The notes below the pieces were generated by a model, which was not told the DNA's origin, ran no database searches, and saw only the letters and a list, made by a program, of their open reading frames with translations. Source: Bigelowiella natans CCMP2755 (taxonomy: Eukaryota > Protista > Cercozoa). From it: a stretch of 64,000 nucleotides of DNA. The translations under genes were made by a program, and so were the position numbers. The stretch lies in NCBI GenBank assembly GCA_000320545.1, contig ADNK01002490.1, positions 21,440 through 85,439 of the forward strand. Reading direction: 5' to 3'. Below, in pieces: positions 53,654-64,000 of the stretch (its first letter is position 1; each line of letters begins with the position of its first letter).

Positions 53654-56600
53654 ATGGAGAGCGTTCAAGTGTCTCCGCATGTTGGCCTTAGTGTTGGAAG
53701 GTCTGAAATCAAAGGAGGCACTGTGAGAGGCTTAAAATGCCCAAAGTGTCGGAGGCGCTATGAAACTGCTTCCGATATGCTGTTCCATTTAAAATCCCAT
53801 TTCGACGTCATTAGGAAAGGATGTGGCGATGCTGCAAAACAAAAACAACATGATCGAGCAAACAACAAAGAGAGGAATATAATGCTCGAAAGTGCAAAAA
53901 AGATGTGCACAATGTTCGCACCAACCGCCATCTACAAAGAAACAAAAATTAATAGCTCTACTTCAAAAATTAAAGTAAAAATAGGCAAAAACACATTCAA
54001 GAGAGCAGGTCACGGGCCGTTCGCTGTGCACAACTCCGATTTCAAGAGCTACAGATCAGGCCCTATGATATCTCTACGTGATTCCATAGAGGACACCGTG
54101 AGCCGCAGTGAAACCTCTTCCGTCATGCCGGCCCATTTCAAGAAGTCCCATTCCATTAACAAAGACATTGGCGAAGCTACAAAACTGAAAAAACAACATG
54201 ATGGAGCTAAGAAGAAGAAGATAAAACCCATCACTAAACGTGCCAGGCAGCTGCCAGCGAACACCCCAAAACGATCTCCTCTTGTAGTTGCCTTTGATGC
54301 CCTCGAAGAGCAGGTGCGCAGATCGGAACTGGGGACAAAATCTCCAATGACCAAGACCCAAAGGTACCTGCGTATTACCAACTCTAGAGAAATAAAAAAA
54401 CTCAAAAGTATCGGTGGTACCAGGATGAGAGCCCAACCGAATTCAGCCCAGACTCCCCTCAATGTCGGCCTTGATGAGGCCCGGTTTGAAAATGATGAGG
54501 GAAAGATCTCCACCAACATAATCGTAGATTCAAAAAGTCCAGCGTGCAACAAAATCCGCGACCATGCTAATATGTCAGAGAAGGATCGACACACTTTCAG
54601 AGCCCTTTACATCAAGACTGACTGTGAAGCCCCCCCAAAGGTTGAACCTACAGCTCTTCACGAGAAAATAACAACATCTCAAGTAAATACACGATCTCCT
54701 TCCAGGGTAAATGCTATGGAATCCCATACTCAAGTAAATAGTAAGAGGGAAAAGCTACCTCGATTTAATTTCAAAATAAGCAAGAACAATTTTAGGGGAA
54801 GACCCGGGCCGTTCGCGGTACGCAACTACGGGTTTAAGGGAGACAGTTCAGGCTCCATAATGCCTCTACATGATTCCAAAGAGGACACCCAGAGCCGCAA
54901 TGATCGAGAGTGGAAGTGCTTACCAAGTTTTAGCCTCAAAACAACATTTTTAATCACATCGATCCTGCTATTGCTATACGCGGGAGTGTGCACTCTGGCC
55001 CTTGTTGCGACAATAGGGCAGCATCGAGCACAAGCTAATGAGGGCTATGATTTTCAAATCCTGATATATTATACCTACCTCTTCGGCCAGGAGGCACTCT
55101 TGTTCATCCTCTACTTGCGAACCATAAAGCCCTCTTTGGTGCATCGACAAAACTTGCGCACGTGGAGCGGGATCATTGCCGTGATGTGCTTCTTCCGAGT
55201 CTTAACTGAATGGCGAGTTGTACGCTCAAACATTCCTCTGGCAGTCGTGGGAATTTTCGCATGTTTTTACGGGCTGGCTAACATGGTCTGCACCCTGTTT
55301 TATCCTTTGTATTTACTGTCGGACGCGGGCCTGCTGGGCGATGAGAAGAGGGGGAAAGCTCGATGCTGGCAAGTACTCAGCATCACGAGGCACCCGACGA
55401 TGGTTCTATTCTACATCCCATTGATGTTAGTAACCTTTTGCCTACCCTTGGTTTTTCCTTTTGACCAAGCGATTTTTACCCTATTACTTGCCGTCTGGTC
55501 TGTCTTCGGCGTCATTGCACTTTTGTGCATGGCGGCCCTGAAAGAATACTTCAGACATGACTACATTGGGTACGTGCTATATTGTGCGGTAACATCGTAT
55601 AGCCCGCGTGTGGTCGGTAATGTGATATCTGCCCTGACGCGCTTGAAATTCGCCTACAGAGGCGCGATGCTTGTTGTTGCGACAAAGGTACCGATCCCAA
55701 GATCAGCTTCCAAGCAGAAATACATTGTAGTGCCTCTGGGAAGATTCTTCTTTTTGTCTACTCATCGCGTCGAGATCTTCTAACTTCTAAATTTGGCTGG
55801 CATGTCTCTCACATAATTTTCCTTCTGTCAAATTGTTGCGTCTTTTTGTGCTAGCGCGCTGTGCTCAAAGTCTCCTCGTCATCGTGTGCGATGCCAATCA
55901 TTATTAGGTGATCTTCCAGCTAGGCATGTTCATGTTATCAGTGCAGTTGAAAGTCTTGGCTTCACACGGGGCGCGCGGAACAAACGCGTTGCTGTTCGCG
56001 TGGCAAATAGGCCAATATTTCATCATCAACGCGCTCTTTCTAGATGCAGGATTTGACGCGGAATTTTTAGTTATGTATATCGTTAACATGGGTTCTTCGA
56101 TCTTCAGGGACAGCGGTGAGCACTCGTCATTTTAAGAATTTTCTTCTCAATGCACCCACCCATCTCCTATCCCAACATGATTATAATTCTCCTCCCTCAC
56201 TGTCCATCATCCCACTCAGGTATGTTGCATGAATTCTTCTGCAAGTACATAATGAAGATGACGAACAGTATCGATATAGCGAATGAAATGAAAGAACAAT
56301 ATACCCTCACGCAACAGAATTCTCTTGCGACGGTGCTATGCGCACCTTTACTTCTTGTGATGGTGATGGTAGAATATGCAGCAACTATGGGCGAGAAGCC
56401 ATTAGGAATTCCGCTCATCATGGCTACTGTGGACAGGTATCGCAGGTGCAAAGAGTTTGTTTAGGAGGAGGAGTTATCTTGTGTGTACTGCACATCCTGA
56501 TGATGATGACCATAGAGCGCTTTTGCCTATGTCTGTATGTAAATTAGGTCCAACATAAGGGATGTTTTACTGGTTTTTGTCATCATGGTGCCTACAAATA

Positions 56601-57953
56601 GCCTTATTGCCTGGGCAGGGCACCATTTATTCACCAAGCGAATGTCTCGGTCAGTAAAAAGGAGGGAAGGGGAGATACACACACGATAAAAATAACACAA
56701 CTAAGGGCTTGTGAGCAGCTATGCGCGAGAATGTCAGTGGACCTTGTCATCGTTGCACAAGTTTCTCCTCCATTGTCGTAGGAATACCAATCTCTCCTTT
56801 GACCTTTGCAGATTGGAAAGAAAGTCAATCTTAGATCGACTGGGTTCTCCTTGGACGTTGACTAAAAGTTCGTCCCTTGTACCGCTCCAATTGGACTTTG
56901 CAAAGTCAGAAGAGGGGGGGGTGGCGAATGGCGCCGTCGGTAACACTCCCAAAAGTCATCAAGGTGTGAGTCTGGATGTGTGCCACTTCCATCATTAGTC
57001 ATGTCTCTGCATTATGCATGCGCGTTGATGACATTCCGTTGAAGCGATAGCGATAGAACTTGCGCACACGACTGGCTGTTTGTGTGTTTGTCTAGGCGGC
57101 GTACAAGAAGATCCTTCAAATCCATCCGTCCCCGGAGAAAACCGCTCGAGTTTTTCGCCGCCAGCTTTAGGAAGCATGAAGGGCGAGATGTTTGCGATGT
57201 ACAGCAATGCAGACGAGAGGGGGAAGGACGAGAAGTCAAAGCAAAACATGCAAAACGTCAGCTCTCGAAGAGATGAACGACAACGAAGCACAGTCTCTCA
57301 AACGTCAACAACAAAGCCGTCAATCCCGATTAGAGGTGTCCGGCCTTCTCAAGAATCCTCTCGTCATTCTACAAGTCGCAGTGAAACACGTTCTAGCAAC
57401 AGGAGCAGCTCAGCGGGTACCTCTGTGGCCATGTCTCTCCCTCGAGTATTAGGTGGGAGCGATATCAAGATTCGGAAAGAAAATAGCGACAGCAGCACTC
57501 CATCTAGGACTTCGTGGCTAGGAAAGAAGCCCCGCCGAATGCACACGCGCACGACAATCTTCGCAAAGAAAAGAGTGAAGAGGGAGGTTCGCGATCTATG
57601 GCGTAACAACGGGCTGCTTTTTTTTTTCGTGGTATGCGTCATGGTCAACTCAACGAGACATTGGACACTGCTGCATTGAACATTCATAATTGGACACTTC
57701 GGACCGCATGCTCTCTTGTATGTTTGCATGCTTGGTGTCTGCAGCATCGATGCCAATCCCCAACACTGAAACTGAGCTGATGATGTCATGTGCTTATTGT
57801 CGACAGCAAACAGCTATGTTTTAGTTTTTGCGTTACTAATTCTCTAGCGGAAAAGTCCAGAAGTATACGCGGTGACAGTTGCGTTTTGTTTCTACTTGGC
57901 GCCGAGAGCAATGCGCAGACAGCGATGCGAACACTTCAATTTGCTGCATGCTA
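53654..57953 (+). CDS. Polytopic membrane protein with N-terminal C2H2 zinc finger and internally duplicated K/S-rich region; 3' end approximate
   Basis: First exon ~2.0 kb with CPKCRRRYETASDMLFHLKSH, then many hydrophobic helices from ~54945. In-phase exons at 55908-56076, 56220-56436, 56548-56650, 56812-56963 and 57095-57631. Confidence 0.75.
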
Positions 57954-58740
57954 GCATTGCAACAGATAAAACAATGTCATGATGCATGAGATGGATGCGT
58001 GAACATAGTTGCTCTTGATTGGGGGGGGGACATGGATGAGTTGTCAGCATTTCCCGTGATCCTTTCGAATCAAGCATTGAAGGTACTTCAATTGTTCAGG
58101 AGTGTGGACGCCTTGATCAGAACCTTCAACCGTCTCATTGGAATTGTGTCAGCCATTCATCAATTCATTTTGAGGCACCAATCGCCACCAGCATGCTAGC
58201 ATGGCAATCACAATCGATTCGATCGCGCAGCACATCTTGGAAATTATTGAACGCTACGCGTGCGCCTAGTGTATGACATCTTCGTTCCTATTGTGGAAAT
58301 CACTGCGAGGATGTGCTAGATGTGCTCAAACAAAAAACTGGCAAAGCCATGAAGCCAAACAGACTGCCACTTACCACCCTCTAGCCTTACTAGCTAGCTA
58401 GCCTAGCTGCGATGCAGTGCCACACTATCGATTCATCATGCTAGCATGGTAACGCATGTGACAGCAATGACCCATCAGCAACAGTGCGCACAGCAGCATG
58501 CAGTGTGTAGTGCAGGGAGTGCCACGTTTGTTTGAACAGGCTAGCAGGGTTAGAGGGGGCGATGACAGGCGAGCAAGTCACGAACGACACTCCGCGTAGT
58601 TGGGCAATGCCACACACACACACACACACACACACACAGTGAGAGAGAGGGAGAGGCAGCACAATCATCATACGCAAGGCATGTACGTACGTATGTGAAA
58701 TCACTAGGTCAAATGTTGCTATGGCATTGCTCAAACAGAT
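57900..58740. repeat. Degenerate intergenic island between convergent genes
   Basis: gcatgctagcat at ~57946 and 58191, catgctagcat at ~58437; ctag run at 58381-58407; no credible exons. Confidence 0.5.
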
Positions 58741-58980
58741 CAGCCATAAGCAACACTCTTTGCTGCATCATACAAGTCTTAACAACAACAACAGCAACTT
58801 ATCGTCATCGAAATACCCCATTTACTACGTCCGAGCGGTATTAGGACTGGCACACGAGATAGTTAATTTTATATGGAAGATGCATTGCACAAAAATCTAT
58901 CGACCAGCATCGACGAGGGGAACCAAAGGTCATTTCTTCTTCTCCTTGATGTACACACTTTAATTTTTCTAATTATGTCA

Positions 58981-59114
58981 TTAACAGGAGGGTGAGCTCT
59001 CCTGACGCCTCCTCTTCAGGTCCCCTAAACCATGAAAACTTCGATGCATCCACCTGTGCACACACGATACTATCAGTTTCATTCTAATGCGCTCTCTCTC
59101 CCCCTCTCTCTCTT

Positions 59115-59150
<36 letters not shown>

Positions 59151-59682
59151 CGCACGCACACAGACATTTTGTATATCTGGGTTTAGAAATGAGAAATTTT
59201 GTAAATGTTGCCCATTGCGAGGTTCGTGCTTCAGCAAAAAGCAACAAACTGCAGTGCTGCAAGATGCCGAAAAAATGGATTCCTCACTGTAATACGATAA
59301 ACAACCGGCACTACGATACTACTCAAATTAATGAGTTCTACTAACACCTGCGAATAACTACGAAGTACTACCTGCATGTGTTGAGCAACAGCCTTGCGCA
59401 AGCTGTCCGGGCTTGTCTGGCCTTTGAATCTGTGATGAGCAATGATGATAAGTTAAATGTGTAGGGAAGTAATAGTAATAGCAGAATGCAGCACTTTAGC
59501 AAAAAGCAAGCATGAGGATAAGTGCCATTGATTGATGATACTTTCTCATCCATAGGAAATGTACATATTAAGATGAGATGGTTTATTATATGATATATGC
59601 TGGAGAGCAACTACAGGGCAACAAGGAATACGACGATTTCGGTACAAAGTAGCAAATAGTGATGTAGCATGGAACATATGTT

Positions 59683-59741
<59 letters not shown>

Positions 59742-59932
59742 TGCGTTGTGTATGTGTGTTTATTCATGCTTGCTAAACATTACCCGAGCTTGAACTGAGC
59801 GGCACGAGATCCATCCTTTCGTCTCACATTCACGACGCATTGGCGCTTCCCCTAAATAAGGGGGGGGGGATGCAAAAAACCACATGTTCACACATAGGCG
59901 CAGCTACTTACAAATAGGAGCGATATATACAT

Positions 59933-59972
<40 letters not shown>

Positions 59973-62140
59973 TGCATACTTATAAAATCACACTTAAAAT
60001 TATAATCATAATCCTAATCATTACCGCAGCGTCTTGCATTGAAACATCCGGGTTGTTCGCATTTGGTTGCTGTTGTTCGGTAGTGACAGAATTTGGTATA
60101 GAAGCTCCTGTCGTCGCCTCAACACCCTTGTAGTGAAACATAACATCACACACAGAAATAGGGGGGGGTGGGGGTTCCAAGCCATGAACATAACTGTCCA
60201 TTTTCAGACAACAATTTCTTCTCTTTCTATCTCTCCTACGCGTCCATCAGATTCAGTGTCATGCGAGGAGAACGCCGGGGAGGGGGGAATAACGCGCAGG
60301 AGATATATTAATACTACGCCTAGAAGCAAAGTACTAATACTGCTACTACCACAAGCTGCTGCTGAAGTTGTTTAGCATCGATAGTATTGAGCAGCATGTT
60401 GATCTGGCGGTCCTTAAGTGCGAGTTGCTGCTTAAGTTCTTTCGCCTGTCTATCCCCTGTCTTTTTCAGGTGTCGGATGCCCTTCTTCAGGCTTTCTATC
60501 TCCTTTTGCACGTGCACAGAGGGAGAAGGTGCTTTGCTGCCTGCTCCAGAGCCCTCCCGTGACCCAGCGCTTACTCCCCCATTCTGGCTTCCCCCTGCAG
60601 CCGCCTCTCGTCGTGCTGCACGGTGTTTTAGGTAGCTCTCGAGCCGACTGCTGGGGAGGGTTCCCCCCCCTCTACTACTACTTCCGTCGATTCCAAGCGC
60701 ACTAGCCACGCGATGCATGGCCTCCTCTCTTCTGATCAAGCTCCCTGTACCACCGCGTCGTGGAGTGATGGCGTCAAGAGGCACGCCTGCTCGGCGGAAA
60801 TAATCAAGTTCTGCGGCCGTGGATCGGTCCGGGAAGTCAGCGTCGTAGCCGTCGTTATAGTAAGGTGGGGGGTATCGTCCACGAAGCCTGGTGTTTATGT
60901 ATGGTAGGTGTGAGACGCAAACCAAAAATCCATCGTCATCATCATCACCATCATTATCATCGCCATCATTGTGGTCACCATCATGATCATCATCCGCTTC
61001 TTCTACTTCTTCTGCTTCTTCATCATCATCATCATCGTATTCTTCTCCATTTGTCATCATTACTTCCCCATGCACAAAAGGTGGAAATAACTAACCTCGC
61101 CGAAGCAGTGAGTCGACCGCGAAGGGGCGGGCGTAATCCTCGACGCCCTCCATAGATACGGTCATAGCGGTGGGGAAGAGGGCGTGGTCTGTACCCTCGG
61201 AGAAGGTTGTCTCGCAATCGTCTTGGCCTTAATATACGACGCCGTGGGATCATGTTGGAAGAAGAGGAGGAAGGAGCAGCGTTGCTCCCGCCCCCACCCT
61301 TGCCAGCTCGTCGTCGCACAGCAGTCCTATGTGCAGCAACACTCAACACTTAATATTCTGCTGCATTTCGGCATTCTATTCGTTGCTACTGCTGTTGTTG
61401 CTACTTCTCCTATTCCTCCTTCTCCTCCTCCTCCTCCTACTACTACTACCACACTTTTCAAACGATGATGGAGATAATAAAAGCGAAAATTACAGAACAA
61501 ATTTGTTGAGGATTACTCACTTGCTTTCGCGATTGAGTTTAATGACTTCGTCTAAAGATTCTGAAAGCTTCTTCACTGCGTCGCCCGTGGCGGCTTTCTT
61601 TTGCTCGGGCGTGAGAGGATTGACCTGCTGTAGCGACCTGAGATCACAGTAGGCGTTTGTACTTTGCTTCGGTATACAATTTCATATGCATCGCATTCCT
61701 GACCCCCACTCGATCTATTATTTCCACCCTATTTAGCTCTTGTAACCGATCCCGTCTCGCATCCCCCCTCTCATATTATTATGCCATCATCTGTTTTGTA
61801 TACTAACGGTGTCTTGTCTTTCTCCATATCCATGCCAGCACTGCCGCCTGTAATGTGCGCACCGCCCCCTGATGTCTCAGTAGCGATGTGTTGTCCCCCT
61901 GCTGCTGTCGACCCGGCCTGACTTCCATCACCCGCAACGCAGGCTAACTTGCTCCGCTCTAGATACCCTGAGTTGAAAAATGATCATCAGGCTGATTGAG
62001 ACTTTCCTCTGTGCCGCACTGTTCGCTCTACCTCCTCCTCCTTCCATATGTCCATGGGTGACACATAACACTGCCAATGTCCACCATAGAATAAGGAGAA
62101 AGCCATTGCGCCAGAGCCGTCGGCTCCTTGCATCCACCAT
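58981..62140 (-). CDS. Hypothetical secreted or endomembrane protein (signal peptide, G-rich and R-rich regions, coiled coil); 3' end uncertain
   Basis: MVDARSRRLWRNGFLLILWWTLAVLCVTHG. In-phase exons: GYLERSKLACVAG..., PSLQQVNPLTPEQKK...LDEVIKLNRES, RRRILRPRRLR..., KEIESLKKGIRHLKK...KELKQQLALKDRQINMLL. Confidence 0.65.
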
Positions 62141-63544
62141 CTGAAAGCAACTGTGTTTTGCTGCAAAAACGATTATCGTCCCTTCAGCTTTCTGGGTACG
62201 GGCAATAGTCAAAAATAGGACACGAAATCGTCAGAAAGTAAGGCTTAAATATGGACAGTATGCCGGCGGATGCCGAACAAGTGCTGCTCGCCTAGATCTA
62301 CTTCATCGGATATTGTTTGGGATGATCTTAGTTGACTGTGCGCTCAAACATGCCACTGCTTTTACCCCATAGAGAATAGGACTTAGTTGTAAGATATTAT
62401 GTGATGCAGTACTCGGAATATAATAGTGAATCCTAGATCTAGTCAGTAGGCGCTCTAACCTTCAACCTTCTGAAGGCGGGGCCGCCATTGCGTCCTAGAA
62501 AATGAACGTTCAATTGGACGTATATCGTATCACATTTTCGACAAACGACATGCAAATCATCGACATTCATATTGAAATTGAAGAATGATGTCGCAATACC
62601 AGAAACCCAGGCTGAATTTAATAGGAATTCCGTTCGAATTTCGGGTTTCTGTAATTCCCATCAGAAGAGAATTTCTGGTTCTTTATTTGCTGACCGTTAA
62701 AAGTGCTTAAAATGGTGGTAGTGTCCGTGCAATTTTTAAAAATATTTTACTGCGACAATCAAATATTGTACAATTATACGGTGTCCGCTAAACGTTGCCA
62801 TATTTTTCTTCTCGGGATGATTTATGAATCGAAGCAAATTTTGGAAGTGCAAGGTGCTTTATGAGTATTTCTTCGCCTTTATACTCGAAAAAGGCGTAAA
62901 GTGTCCTACATTTGAGATGTCCTGCCTCGGAACTCGACAGCAAAGAGACAGAGGCCGCCTTTCTGTAGCACTCGCTCTAATACGACTGTAATAAATGGCC
63001 TACATTTAGAACACAAATATTCACAAAATCATGTCGTATGTATTAATTACCAACATTTTCAGTTGGAAATGCTCCCAATATGTTTCATCTTATGTCTTAT
63101 TGCGAAAACCAAACACCCAACGAGACGACTGGTAGCATCCGAGCTGAACGTAGATCTAGTGTAGGCTGGGGTTGGGGGACTGTACGGAATATTATGGATT
63201 CTGCAAGCATGCTTTTTCATTTGCAAATAGTTTTGCAGCTGAAAGAGAGAGACGTTTAAATGTGGGATGAAAAATGCGAAGTAGACTGCACTAGATTTAC
63301 AGGAAAACCTTCGGATTGGAATCAATCCATAGAAGTTAACGAGTCCGTAGTTGTACAGTGTAAATTTTTGCACATTCATCAAATGTGTGTGTGCGCGCGC
63401 GCGCACACACACACACACACATCGTTCCATAATATATGGATGGATTCACGGGCACATCTCTGACAGTATGTATAGTTCCTCAACAGAAAATTTTGGTTCT
63501 TATTTTGTTACCCAGACAACTGCAATTTTTTGGGGGAAAACGAA

Positions 63545-63715
63545 ATGTCAAGTGAAGACCTTATCCCCGACGATGTGCTTAATTTTGACCCTTCCAAACT
63601 GAATGACTCGGATATTGCGAATCTTGAGAAAGATCTTGGAGATACAGATGTTTCTGCGATGAAGGAGGAGCTTAAAGGTAGTATACTGGTTTAAGCTCCT
63701 AGAATTATGAGGAAA

Positions 63716-63791
<76 letters not shown>

Positions 63792-64000
63792 TCTGTGAGA
63801 GAGAAAGCGCGGGGAGAGAAAGGGAGAGACAGAGAGAGATCACACACTCTCTCATATCTGTGACACATACTCTCTCGCGCGCTCTCTCTCTCTCTATCTC
63901 TCTCTCTCTCTCTCCAGCGCGAGCGCTCCTCCTCAAAAATATATATATAGAGAGAGAGGCAGAGAGGGGGGGGGGGGGTGGTCTCTCTATATATCTCTCT
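63545..64000 (+). CDS. Probable 5' exon of a gene running off the window (exon 63545-63678, then a CT/GA-rich intron)
   Basis: MSSEDLIPDDVLNFDPSKLNDSDIANLEKDLGDTDVSAMKEELK followed by an AG|GTAGTA donor. Confidence 0.45.
63719..63787. repeat. (CT)n microsatellite, representative of dozens of intronic (TA)n, (CA)n, (GA)n, (GAT)n and (TAG)n tracts across the window
   Basis: Directly visible. Other examples: (TA)n at 14440-14491 and 59688-59738, (GAT)n at 4499-4540. Confidence 0.98.

Noticed and set aside
63545-63678. Assignment of the last exon to VPS52
   Set aside because: Only a vague acidic resemblance over ~45 aa; insufficient evidence.

Overview
This is intron-rich, microsatellite-laden eukaryotic nuclear DNA. 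Two features point to a chlorarachniophyte alga (Bigelowiella-like): a Cercozoa-type 18S signature, and a TPR gene with signal peptide + transit peptide + twin-arginine lumen signal. Genes, in order: PDE6D-like prenyl carrier (+); 7TM-TKL kinase fusion (+); unknown signal-peptide protein (-); REV1 (+); glucosidase II alpha (-); one complete non-tandem 18S-5.8S-28S rDNA unit (+); a poorly resolved possible gene (-); UBC1/UBE2K-like E2 (-); WD40 protein (+); thylakoid-lumen TPR protein (-); C2H2-finger polytopic membrane protein (+); unknown secreted protein (-); start of another gene (+). Main observations: (1) six intergenic islands, each behind a gene 3' end, depleted in CC/GG; several carry transition-mutated copies of one 14-bp palindrome, suggesting RIP-like or methylation-driven hypermutation; (2) a REV1 with BRCT, four UBM-like motifs and CTD but apparently no catalytic aspartates or little-finger domain; (3) a solitary rDNA unit with candidate terminator repeats; (4) two N-terminal extensions ending in a ubiquitin-like (L/F)RGG; (5) a ~300-aa multi-domain insertion in glucosidase II alpha. 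Exon structures were assembled by eye, several gene ends are approximate, and no database searches were run.
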